Assembly: GCA_965247095.1 (NCBI GenBank)
Contig: OZ251997.1
Span: 128,001-192,000 of the forward strand
Direction of reading: 5' to 3'
DNA: 64,000 bases
Source of the DNA: Candidatus Multivorans sp.
GTDB lineage: Bacteria > Acidobacteriota > Thermoanaerobaculia > Multivoradales > Multivoraceae
Below the pieces are notes generated by a model. It saw only the letters and a list, made by a program, of their open reading frames with translations. It ran no database searches and was not told where the DNA came from. The first letter of the stretch is position 1, and each line of letters begins with the position of its first letter. The translations under genes were made by a program, and so were the position numbers. Positions 9,427 to 18,739 of the stretch are shown piece by piece.

Positions 9427-11607
9427 ATGCCCAACACGCCTTCCGATCCCGCTACGCGAACGCCCGACGGCCGTCATCGTCGTCGGTTGGTGCTCGTCAC
9501 CCTTGCGGCGGCCGTGGCGCTGGCCGGTTCCGCGGCGCTTGCCGCGACGGATGCTGCGGACGACGAGGGCGCCGAGCCGGTCGAGGACCCCGCCCTCGCC
9601 GAGACGATCGTGGTCACGGCGTCTCGAGCGGAGCAGGAACTTGGGCAGGTGACCTCCAGCGTGTCCGTGCTGACCGGCGACGAACTCCGCGCCAGCTCGG
9701 CCGTGACCCTGGACGACACGCTGCGCCGGGTGCCCGGCTTCAGTCTCTTCCGCCGCAACAGTTCGATGGTTGCCCATCCGACCAGCCAGGGCGTTTCGCT
9801 GCGCGGCATCGGCCCCAGCGGCGTCAGCAGGACCCTGGTGCTGCTCGATGGGCTGCCTCTGAACGACCCCTTCGGCGGCTGGATCTACTGGGGCCGCGTG
9901 GGCCGTGAGAGCCTGGAACGGATCGAGGTCGTGCGCGGCGGCGGTTCGAGCCTGTGGGGCAACTCGGCCCTGGGCGGCGTCATCCACCTGGTCACCGCCG
10001 AGCCGTCGGACTCGGGCTCTTCGCTTCGGCTGTCTGCGTTGGGCGGCGATCACGGGATCCTGTCGGGCGACGCCTGGTTCGGCCAGGGGTTCGAGCGCGC
10101 GTCGCTGACCCTGTCGGCGAGGAGCTTCGACAGCGACGGCTACCCCGTGGTCCGCGACGACCGGCGCGGCCCGATCGATGTCGATGCGTTCTCTGAGCAG
10201 ACCAGCCTTGGCGGCCGCCTGACGGTTTCTCCCAGCGACTCGGTGTCGGTGAGCATCGGCGGCGACACCCTGTCGGAGGATCGCGGCAACGGCACGCCGC
10301 TGACCGGCAACGACACGGAGTTGACCTCCTTTCGCCTGAGCGCGGACGTCGTGAGCGGCCGGGGCGACACGTGGACGCTGCGCGGTTTCACCCACGAACA
10401 GGAGTTCGCGAGCCGGTTCAGCGCGCAGGCGGGCGACCGGTCGTCCGAGCGGCCGGCCCTCGATCAGTTCCTGGTCGACTCGGAAGCCATCGGTTTAGGC
10501 GCCCAGTGGCAGGGCGAGGTGGGATCGGGCCTGTGGGTCGCCGGCGCCGAATGGCGGAGCGTCGACGGGGCGACCAACGAGGACTTCTTCTACACCACGC
10601 AGTTCAACCGTCGGCGCATGGCGGGCGGCGATCAGGCGATCACGGGCGCCTACGTGCAGCGCCGGGCGCAGTTCGGCGAGCGGCTGCATCTCGAGCTCGG
10701 GGCCCGCATCGACCGCTGGCAGACCGGTTCGGGCAGCCGGCTGGAGATCAACAAGGCGGACGGCTCGATCCGTCGCGAAGACGCCTTCGAGGACCGGGAC
10801 GAGACGGCAGCATCGCCGCGGATCGGCTTCCTCTACGCCCTGGACTTCGGCTGGAGCCTGCGCGGCTCGGTGTACGGGTCGTTCCGGGCGCCGACCGTCA
10901 ACGAACTCTACCGGCCGTTCCGGGTGGGCAATGACATCACCGAGGCGAACGAGACGCTCGAGCCCGAGCGGCTTTCAGGCATCGAGTTCGGGACCGTGCG
11001 CTACCAGGGCGGTTCCAGACTGTCTATCAACGCCTTCATCAACCGCGTCGAGAACCCCATCGCCAACGTCACCCTGGCATCGATCGCGAGTGGCCGGTTC
11101 TTCCAGCCCTGCGGCTTCGTACCGGGCGGCGGGTCGTGCCGGCAGCGGCTCAACCTGGACCGCACTCGCATTCAGGGGCTCGAGGCGGAACTCCGCCAGC
11201 GGCTCGGCGACGAATGGCGGCTCGACGTGTCCTACCTCTACAGCAACGCCGAGGTCCAGAGCGCAGCCGACTTCCCGGAACTCGAGGGAAAGAGGCTGGC
11301 ACAGACGCCCGAGCAGTCGGTGAGCCTCGGCCTCGAGTACGCGAACCCCGAGGTGCTGCAGGCACGGCTGGGGTTGCGCTTCGTGGGCGAGCAGTACGAG
11401 GACGACCTGAACGCGAGGCCCCTCTCGAGCTTCTCGGTCGTGGACCTGAGTCTCGCCCGTAACCTGAGCAGCCGGTGGCAGGTCTTCGCCGGGTTCGAGA
11501 ATCTGCTCGACGAGGAAGTCCAGGTCGGCATCTCCGGAACCGGTCTGGTGACGATCGGCGCGCCTCGGATGGTGCACGTGGGGGCGCGCCTCAATCTCAG
11601 TCCCTGA
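9427..11607 (+). CDS. TonB-dependent receptor
   Basis: ETIVVTASR TonB box, plug LRGIG..RTLVLLDGLPLNDPFGG, IEVVRGGGSSLWG, beta-barrel C-terminus. Confidence 0.93.
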   Translation: MPNTPSDPATRTPDGRHRRRLVLVTLAAAVALAGSAALAATDAADDEGAEPVEDPALAETIVVTASRAEQELGQVTSSVSVLTGDELRASSAVTLDDTLRRVPGFSLFRRNSSMVAHPTSQGVSLRGIGPSGVSRTLVLLDGLPLNDPFGGWIYWGRVGRESLERIEVVRGGGSSLWGNSALGGVIHLVTAEPSDSGSSLRLSALGGDHGILSGDAWFGQGFERASLTLSARSFDSDGYPVVRDDRRGPIDVDAFSEQTSLGGRLTVSPSDSVSVSIGGDTLSEDRGNGTPLTGNDTELTSFRLSADVVSGRGDTWTLRGFTHEQEFASRFSAQAGDRSSERPALDQFLVDSEAIGLGAQWQGEVGSGLWVAGAEWRSVDGATNEDFFYTTQFNRRRMAGGDQAITGAYVQRRAQFGERLHLELGARIDRWQTGSGSRLEINKADGSIRREDAFEDRDETAASPRIGFLYALDFGWSLRGSVYGSFRAPTVNELYRPFRVGNDITEANETLEPERLSGIEFGTVRYQGGSRLSINAFINRVENPIANVTLASIASGRFFQPCGFVPGGGSCRQRLNLDRTRIQGLEAELRQRLGDEWRLDVSYLYSNAEVQSAADFPELEGKRLAQTPEQSVSLGLEYANPEVLQARLGLRFVGEQYEDDLNARPLSSFSVVDLSLARNLSSRWQVFAGFENLLDEEVQVGISGTGLVTIGAPRMVHVGARLNLSP

Positions 11608-11620
11608 AGCAGGAGCCGAT

Positions 11621-13429
11621 TTGACGACCCGAGTCACCGCTGAAACGCTTTCCCGACGCCAGCGGGAGATCTCGGTATCCGAGTTCTTCGCCAAGAACCG
11701 GCACCTGCTCGGCTTCGATTCGCTGCGCAAGGCCCTCCTGACCACGGTCAAGGAGGCGGTGGACAACTCGCTCGACGCCTGCGAAGAAGCCGGCATCCTG
11801 CCCGAGATCTGGGTCGAGCTCGAAGTTGCCAAGGGCACCAACCGCTACCTCGTGCGAATCACGGACAACGGCCCCGGCATCGTCCCCGAGCAGGCGCCGA
11901 AGATCTTCGGCCAACTGCTCTACGGCTCGAAGTTCCACAGCCTCAAGCAGAGCCGGGGCCAGCAGGGCATCGGCATCTCGGCGGCCGCGATGTACGGCCA
12001 GTTGACGACCGGCAAGCCGGCATCCGTGGAGTCACGTACGGGGCCGGACAAGCCGGCCTACGCGATGCAGGTCATGGTCGACACGAACACGAACAAGCCC
12101 AAGGCGATCGGCCGCCGGACCCTTCCCGACTGGCACTTGGACCACGGCACGCTGGTGGAACTGGAGCTGGAGGCGAAGTACCTCAAGGGCCGTCAGTCGG
12201 TTGAGGAGTTCCTCCAGCAGGTCGCGGTCGCGAACCCGCACGCGACGGTGCACTACCGGAGCCCGAGCGGCGAGACCGACTCCTGGGCGCGCACCGTGCA
12301 GCAGAACCCGGTGGCGCCGCAGGAGATCAAGCCGCATCCCCACGGCATCGAGCTCGGCGTGCTGATGAAGATGCTGCAGTCGACCGAGCACAAGACGGTC
12401 ACCCAGTTCCTGTCACGGGACTTCAGCCGCATCTCGCCGCAGTTCGCCGGGGGGCTGGCGAAGCGGGCCGGCATCAACCCGAAGGCGCGTCCGAACACCG
12501 TCGCCCGGCAGGCCGTCGACGCGCTCTACAAGGCGATCAACGACGCGGGTACGCGCATCCGGCCGCCGTCGACGGACTGCCTGTCGCCGATCGGCGTCCG
12601 GGAGCTCCTGGCCGGTCTGACCCGCGGCGTGCGGGCCGAGTTCTACGGCGTGGAGACAAGGCGGCCGGCGGTCTACCGCGGCAATCCGTTCCAGGTTGAG
12701 GTCGGCCTGGCCTGGGGCGGCGATCTGGCCGGGGACGAACTGGCCAAGGTGCTGCGTTTCGCCAACCGGGTGCCGCTCCAGTACTACGCCGGCTCCTGCT
12801 GCATCACCAGGGCGGTGATGGACGTCTCCTGGCGCAACTACGGCCTGAGCCAGTCGCGCGGAGCGCTGCCGTCGGGGCCGCTGATCGTGCTCGTTCATCT
12901 TGCCTCGGTGTGGGTGCCCTTCAGTTCCGAAAGCAAGGTCGCGGTCGCCGACTACGACGAGATTCGCAAGGAGATCAAGCTCGCGGTGCAGACCTGCGGT
13001 CGCCGGCTCGGGCAGTACGTCAAGCGCAAGGCGCGGGCCAAGAGCGAGGCGCGGCGGCGCGAGGTGTTCAATCTCTACATCGAGGAAGTGGTCAACTCGG
13101 TCGAGGCGATCACCGGCAAGGAACAGAAGCCGTTCCGCGATCGGCTGCTGGCGATCAGCCGCCGCAAGACGGAGCTGGCGGGTCTGCTCGAAGAGGCGAA
13201 GGGCGCTGATGACGGCGACGAGTTGGAAGCCTGCGAGAACGTACTCGTGGTCGATCCGGACGCCGAACCGCCCGCGCCGGCGAGCGCTGCTGCGGCGGCG
13301 ACGAACGGCGAGGACGCGTCGCCGGAGGAGGCCACACCGGTCGAGGCGGTTGAGCCGCCCGAGCAGTTGCCGCCGCCGATCCCTGCCGAGTCCGAGCGCC
13401 ATCCCGGGTCGCAGTTGGAGTTGGTGTGA
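11621..13429 (+). CDS. top6B: DNA topoisomerase VI subunit B
   Basis: QREISVSEFFAKNRHLLGFD, KEAVDNSLDACEE, DNGPGI, GSKFH..QSRGQQGIGIS GHKL motifs, RFANRVPL. Confidence 0.96.
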   Translation: MTTRVTAETLSRRQREISVSEFFAKNRHLLGFDSLRKALLTTVKEAVDNSLDACEEAGILPEIWVELEVAKGTNRYLVRITDNGPGIVPEQAPKIFGQLLYGSKFHSLKQSRGQQGIGISAAAMYGQLTTGKPASVESRTGPDKPAYAMQVMVDTNTNKPKAIGRRTLPDWHLDHGTLVELELEAKYLKGRQSVEEFLQQVAVANPHATVHYRSPSGETDSWARTVQQNPVAPQEIKPHPHGIELGVLMKMLQSTEHKTVTQFLSRDFSRISPQFAGGLAKRAGINPKARPNTVARQAVDALYKAINDAGTRIRPPSTDCLSPIGVRELLAGLTRGVRAEFYGVETRRPAVYRGNPFQVEVGLAWGGDLAGDELAKVLRFANRVPLQYYAGSCCITRAVMDVSWRNYGLSQSRGALPSGPLIVLVHLASVWVPFSSESKVAVADYDEIRKEIKLAVQTCGRRLGQYVKRKARAKSEARRREVFNLYIEEVVNSVEAITGKEQKPFRDRLLAISRRKTELAGLLEEAKGADDGDELEACENVLVVDPDAEPPAPASAAAAATNGEDASPEEATPVEAVEPPEQLPPPIPAESERHPGSQLELV

Positions 13430-14658
13430 CGGCTGGAGAGCGTGGCGCGGAGCGTCGTTCCGGGCCTGGGAACGCGGGCGTCTCGCCCGCATCCGGCTCT
13501 GGCTCTGACAGCAACGCAGGCGCGAAGGACGGGCCGGCTCAGGCCGCCGCCGAGGAAGGTCGACTCAAGATTCCGGGCAACCTCGACGCCAAGGCCAAGA
13601 TCGAGTACCTGGCGAAGGAGACGGTGGCGATGGCCCGCCGCGAGGTCGACCCCTACGTCGATATCCCGTCGCGCACGCTCTCGAACGTCACCTTCTCGAA
13701 GCGCAAGAAGATCATCGAGATGGGCGACGCGACCCAGCGCCGCTCGCTTTTCAACCTGAACCAGGCGCGCAAGTACATGCAGACGCTCCTGGTCGCCCGC
13801 GGCTGCACCCAGCTTCTCGACGAGCAGAAGACGACGAGCATCCGCGACCTGTACTACATGACCAAGCACACGCTGGCCGACGGCAAGGAGAACACCTTCG
13901 ACGGCCAGGAGGAGTCGGACCCGATCATCGAGGATCTGGAGGTCGCGCTCGGCGCCCTGCGCGAGGAGCTGCACCTGTTCGCGGCCAAGCGCGGCTCGGT
14001 GGTCGGCCCGCTCACCCTGGTCGATGCAGGCGACGTGATCGACCTCTCCCGCATGGGTTCAGGCGGCTGGTCGGTGCCCGGCATCGTCGAACCGGACACG
14101 ATCCGCTTCGTCGGCCACGGCGCCAAGTTCATCCTCCTGGTGGAGAAGGAGGCCGTCTGGGCCCGTCTCAACGAGGACAAGTTCTGGAAGCGCCACGACT
14201 GCATCCTCGTCACCGGCCAGGGCCAGCCCCCCCGCGGCGTCCGCCGCCTCCTGTACCGCATGGTCAACGAGCTGAACCTGCAGCTCTACGTCTTCGTCGA
14301 CAACGACCCCTGGGGCTACTACATCCACTCCGTCGTCAAGCAGGGCTCCATCGGCCTCGCCTTCGAGTCCAAGCGAATGGCGGTCCCCAGGGCCCGCTTC
14401 ATCGGCCTCTCCAGCTTCGACCCCGCCGCCTACGACCTCTCCGAAGACGTCAGCATCCGCCTGAACGACCAGGACCGCTCCCGGGCCAAGGAAATACTGA
14501 ACTACGAGTGGTTCAAGGCGAAGTCCTGGCAGAAAGAGATCAAGAACATGCTCCGCACCGGCGTCAAGTGGGAACTCGAGGCCCTCTCCAGCAAGGGCCT
14601 CTCCTTCGTCACCGAAGAGTTCCTGCCCAGGAAGATCGCCGACCGCGACTGGCTGTAG
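13426..14658 (+). CDS. top6A: DNA topoisomerase VI subunit A (Spo11-like)
   Basis: SIRDLYY catalytic tyrosine; TOPRIM LVEKEAV and DNDPWG; KWELEAL; GTGA overlap with top6B. Confidence 0.95.
   Translation: MTAGERGAERRSGPGNAGVSPASGSGSDSNAGAKDGPAQAAAEEGRLKIPGNLDAKAKIEYLAKETVAMARREVDPYVDIPSRTLSNVTFSKRKKIIEMGDATQRRSLFNLNQARKYMQTLLVARGCTQLLDEQKTTSIRDLYYMTKHTLADGKENTFDGQEESDPIIEDLEVALGALREELHLFAAKRGSVVGPLTLVDAGDVIDLSRMGSGGWSVPGIVEPDTIRFVGHGAKFILLVEKEAVWARLNEDKFWKRHDCILVTGQGQPPRGVRRLLYRMVNELNLQLYVFVDNDPWGYYIHSVVKQGSIGLAFESKRMAVPRARFIGLSSFDPAAYDLSEDVSIRLNDQDRSRAKEILNYEWFKAKSWQKEIKNMLRTGVKWELEALSSKGLSFVTEEFLPRKIADRDWL
13465..13497 (+). repeat. Short copy of the dispersed hairpin repeat, inside the top6A 5' region
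   Basis: CCTGGGAACGCGGGCGTCTCGCCCGCATCCGGC. Confidence 0.88.
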
Positions 14659-14731
14659 GGTTGTCACTGTGTGAGCCCGGCTTCACTGCGCCGGTCCTCA
14701 AACAATTCTCGTCCACAGTAGTTCTGGGTAT

Positions 14732-17305
14732 ATGCCGAAACGAGAGAGACCAACCGTGGAGAGCTCGAAGCTCTGGCAGCAAGCGTTCGGAGACGAAGGC
14801 ACGAACGAGGACGTATCGCGCCTAGTGTCGTCGCTCCGAGTTCTTCGGAGAAACGTAGAGGCGCTGACATCAAGGATCGCCGCGAGTCTGCCTGAGCTCA
14901 CGATCCACGACGTCTCTCACCTCGATGCGCTGTGGGAGGTTGCGGATACTGTCGCCGGAAGTGACTTCCCGCTCAATCCGGCCGAGGGGTACGTCTTCGG
15001 TTCGGCTGTGCTGCTTCATGATGCTGGCCTGTGCTTCGAGGCGTACTCCGGAGGCAAAGACGCCCTGCGTGAAACGCTGGAGTGGCGTGACGCATACGCG
15101 AGACTGTCACGAAAGCCGCGCGACGTAGGGGACCTAGAACAAGAAGCGGACTTCGAGGCACTCCGAGCTGTGCATGCGGCGCGAGCGGCCTGTCTTGCGA
15201 TCGAACCGTGGACGGATGACGAAGGCGCCCTGTTCCTAATCGATGACCGAGAGCTACGCGAGAACTACGGCCAGTTGATTGGGGATCTGGCGTCATCACA
15301 TCATTGGGATCTGGAGAGGGTCGTGAGCCGCTTTACGACGCCAAGGCCATCCGCCGCGTTCTTGTCAGCGGAGTGGGTGGTGGATTCCCTAAAGCTCGCT
15401 TGCATGCTAAGGGTCGCGGACGCAGGTCACATGGATGGGGCTCGGGCACCGTCGTTTCTTCTTCGAGTCCTTCAGATGAACTCGCTTTCACGAGCACATT
15501 GGAGAGCTCAGAACCGGCTCGGGAAACTCACAGTCCGAAGCGACGACCCAAGACAGGCGGTCATTGGATCAACGAGCCCTTTTCCACGGTCCGAATCATC
15601 GGCTTGGTGGGTAGCCTTCGATCTGATCCAAACGTTTGATCGGGAACTCCGCGGGTGCAACGATGCGCTACGGGCATCTGCCGGTGGGGCGCGTCCCACT
15701 TTCGCCCGGGAGCGCCTGAGCGGCGCGGGACAAGTGAAGGAACTCGTCCAGCATGTAGAGACCGTGGATTGGGAGCCTACGGAATCGACTGTGCATGTAT
15801 CCGACGTCGCCGCATTGGTGACCAACCTGGGCGGTGAACAGCTATATGGGAAGGACGCCGACCGTCTTTACGTGGTGTTGCGCGAACTGATTCAGAACGC
15901 AGCCGACGCAATCGGTGCGCGGCGGTCCTTGTCTGGTGGCGGAGAATTCACGGGCTGTGTCGTGGTGCGACTGAGACCCCGACCGGAAGGAGGAGGCTGG
16001 ATTCTCCAGGTGGACGACAACGGCGTGGGTATGTCCCAGACGACTCTGACTGCTGACCTGTTGGACTTTGGCCGGAGTTTTTGGGCGACCGAACGAGCAG
16101 CGCGCGAATTCCCTGGTCTTCATGCATCCGGCTACAGACCGGTCGGAAGATTCGGTATTGGGTTCTTCTCGATCTTCATGGCAGCGAAGAGTGTAAGGGT
16201 GTACTCAAGGCGGTTTGACAAGGGGCTTGATGAGGTTAGGTGTCTTTCGTTCGAGAATGGTATCTCGCTTCGCCCCACGCTTAGTTCCGAAAGGCCGAAC
16301 GACCTGGGAATGGACCTGTGCACGAGGGTGGAATTGGAGCTAGAACCCGGTGTCCTGGATAATCCGGATCAGTGCACCATACGATGCAACCTTCAGGGTC
16401 AGGAGAACTTCGACGTGCCGTTCGAAGACTACGTTGCTTCCTTGGTTGCTGGTATCGGTGCCTCGGTCCTTGTCGTGACCGAGAAGGGAGGTCACAGAGT
16501 TCATGATGACTTCCCTCCGAGGCGCACGAAGCGCCAAGAATGGCTTCAGAAGCTCTCGTACGTCAACAGCGGCGTGAACCGAGGAGCCAAGGTGGGCCTG
16601 GGGCGGGCGATTCCCAGGCTGAGAGAGATCCGCGATGGGGAGAGGTGCTATGGCTTGGCAGCCGTCGATGTTCTCGGGCAGAATGACGGGTTGTTTTTGT
16701 CAGGGAAAGCAGTCGGCGGTCTTGTGAATCCCCACAGCCGATTCGACAACGCGTTCATAGGCCTGATTGATCACGTTCCTTCTACTGCGCAACGCGCGGC
16801 GGGAGAGATCGCAGCTCCGAAAGACAGCATGGCGATGTGGATGGCGGATCAGGTGTCCCTCCTGAAGGAAGAGAATCTGTCGGACTCAGAGTCGATACTG
16901 GCCAGCTACTCAATTTGTCAACTGGGCTTCGACCCGATCGAGATTCTGCAGGGTCTCTTTCTGTCGTCAGACAGCGGTGTCCGGTTCGAGCCAATAGGGT
17001 TGATTGGCGACAATCTGAAGAGCGGAATGGGGCTGGGCTTTCCGCTGATGCCTGGTGTCGGGAGTCACTTGGACTCCTACGCCGGACCCTTGCGGATACC
17101 TGACGTGCGGACCTGTGTTGTGATGAAGAACGGGAAGTTCAACAACGCGGAATTGTCATCTGGCGCTCCATGTGACCCGAACTCGCTCATCGGCATTGTG
17201 CATCGGGTGCTGGTCAATTCCGGACAGACTCCCACTTGGCTGAGACGCCAGGCGGTCTACAGAAGCATCTTTGGTCAAGGTGACTGTCTTGAGGTCCGCG
17301 TGTAG
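14732..17305 (+). CDS. HD-domain (HD-CE-like) + HSP90/GHKL ATPase fusion protein, putative conflict/defence effector
   Basis: TIHDVSH..LLHDAG..SSHH..LRVADAGHMD HD-type motifs; LRELIQNAADA, DDNGVGMS, GRFGIGFFS GHKL motifs; visibly lower GC than flanks. Confidence 0.82.
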   Translation: MPKRERPTVESSKLWQQAFGDEGTNEDVSRLVSSLRVLRRNVEALTSRIAASLPELTIHDVSHLDALWEVADTVAGSDFPLNPAEGYVFGSAVLLHDAGLCFEAYSGGKDALRETLEWRDAYARLSRKPRDVGDLEQEADFEALRAVHAARAACLAIEPWTDDEGALFLIDDRELRENYGQLIGDLASSHHWDLERVVSRFTTPRPSAAFLSAEWVVDSLKLACMLRVADAGHMDGARAPSFLLRVLQMNSLSRAHWRAQNRLGKLTVRSDDPRQAVIGSTSPFPRSESSAWWVAFDLIQTFDRELRGCNDALRASAGGARPTFARERLSGAGQVKELVQHVETVDWEPTESTVHVSDVAALVTNLGGEQLYGKDADRLYVVLRELIQNAADAIGARRSLSGGGEFTGCVVVRLRPRPEGGGWILQVDDNGVGMSQTTLTADLLDFGRSFWATERAAREFPGLHASGYRPVGRFGIGFFSIFMAAKSVRVYSRRFDKGLDEVRCLSFENGISLRPTLSSERPNDLGMDLCTRVELELEPGVLDNPDQCTIRCNLQGQENFDVPFEDYVASLVAGIGASVLVVTEKGGHRVHDDFPPRRTKRQEWLQKLSYVNSGVNRGAKVGLGRAIPRLREIRDGERCYGLAAVDVLGQNDGLFLSGKAVGGLVNPHSRFDNAFIGLIDHVPSTAQRAAGEIAAPKDSMAMWMADQVSLLKEENLSDSESILASYSICQLGFDPIEILQGLFLSSDSGVRFEPIGLIGDNLKSGMGLGFPLMPGVGSHLDSYAGPLRIPDVRTCVVMKNGKFNNAELSSGAPCDPNSLIGIVHRVLVNSGQTPTWLRRQAVYRSIFGQGDCLEVRV

Positions 17306-17404
17306 GACTATAGACGGGTGACCCAGTGTCGAGCGCTCCGAAAGCGAGCATCATCGTGCGGAGCGCCGTCGTGAAGAGCGCCCTTCGACAGGTCGGACGC
17401 GGCT

Positions 17405-18148
17405 CTACCACTCCCCCAACTCGACCTCCGGCGTTTCCGGCAGCGCTTCGGCAAGCAGCCAGCGGGCAAAGAGAGTCCCCTCGCGATAACTGGCCGTACT
17501 GATCCAGTTGCCCGGGGCCTCTTTGTGGCTCAGGTAGACGACGTAACTGCCGTCCGGTTCGGGCACCGCGGTCTGTTTGTTGATGCACACCGGGAAGTCG
17601 GCGTGGTTCGTGGACTGCATCAGGTAGTTCCACGTCTGCAGGCCCCGGTAGCAGGCCTCCGGGGACCGGAAAGTCACCTTGAGGTACTGGTGCTCCTCGA
17701 GTCGGAAGCGGCAGAAGCAGTAGATGTTGTCGACCGTTCCCCAGCCTCCCTGCTCCGGGTCGAACTCCCACGGTGCGCAGAACTCATTGAAGGGGAGGTC
17801 GACCGGCAGCGGAGCGATCCACGTCGTGCACATGAAGAACATCGCCATGCTGCGGATGCGCCGTGCGAGTTCGGCGTCGTCCAGGGGCAGCGCGGGCGGC
17901 TGCGGCGAGGCGTTTTCGATGCTGAGGATGCTCTCGCGTGACGACGGGCGGTCGAGGAAGTACTCGCGGGTGAAGAGCGACACCGAGTCCGGCTCGATGC
18001 GGAACTCGTTCGGGCCCTGCGGATCGGGCGTCAGTCGGATCTCGAACGAGCCGTCGTCGTCGAACGCGATGTCGCGGTGGTTCACGTTGAGCGTCACCCG
18101 ATCCGCCAACTCGCCGTTCGGATCGCCGCCGTAGAGGCAGAAGCTCAT
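17405..18148 (-). pseudogene. DUF1214-like protein, probably 5'-truncated
   Basis: SFCLYGG..DDDGSFEIRL..LFTREYF..EPDGSYVVYLSH..NWISTA; begins mid-domain with no upstream in-frame continuation. Confidence 0.55.
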
Positions 18149-18268
18149 CCCCGCGCAGCCCTATCTCTGGGTGCGCGGGCCTTCCCGGAAGAAAAAGAGC
18201 CGGCAACCGCTTTGCTTCCGTCCTCCACCTTCTGGAGCTGATCTTCTAGAACCGGCTGGTAGGAGTCC

Positions 18269-18547
18269 TCACCGGGATACCGCCTCGAGGTGCTTCTTGA
18301 TCGCTGCGACGTCTCCCTTGATCGCCGTGACGTCTCCCTTGATCGCCGTGACGTCTCCCTTGAGTGTCGTGACGTCTCCCTTGAGTGTCGCGACGTCTCC
18401 CTTGGTCTCGGCGAGATCGTCGACGAGCACGTCGACCTTGTCCTCGATCCGGACCAGGCGCTCTTTCGTCCCTCCGTGCTGCTCGACGAGGAGGTTCAGC
18501 ACCTCCCGCATGTTTACGATTCTGCGTTCGCTGGTCGTGGTGGTCAT
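18269..18547 (-). CDS. Small coiled-coil protein with KGDV heptad repeats
   Basis: LAETKGDVATLKGDVTTLKGDVTAIKGDVTAIKGDVAAIK; start chosen at MTTTT (uncertain). Confidence 0.65.
   Translation of the reverse strand: MTTTTSERRIVNMREVLNLLVEQHGGTKERLVRIEDKVDVLVDDLAETKGDVATLKGDVTTLKGDVTAIKGDVTAIKGDVAAIKKHLEAVSR
18299..18403. repeat. 21-bp tandem repeat, 5 units
   Basis: gacgtctccctt recurs at 18308, 18329, 18350, 18371, 18392. Confidence 0.95.
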
Positions 18548-18739
18548 CCGGCGGCTCCTCGGCTCGACGTCAAGTGGGGCCTTGCATGAGCCTATACGAA
18601 TGGATCGACGTTCGCGTCCACTCACAAGGGGCCGTAACAACCCGACGACCGCCCCCCTTCGTGCCCCGGACAGGCGGGTGTAACCGACACCGTCGCCGTC
18701 CCGGCTCCGTCGTCCCGGCTCCGCCCCTCCGGCTCCGAC

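Noticed and set aside
18299-18403. 21-bp repeats as a CRISPR-like array
   Set aside because: No spacers; the repeats are in frame and encode heptads
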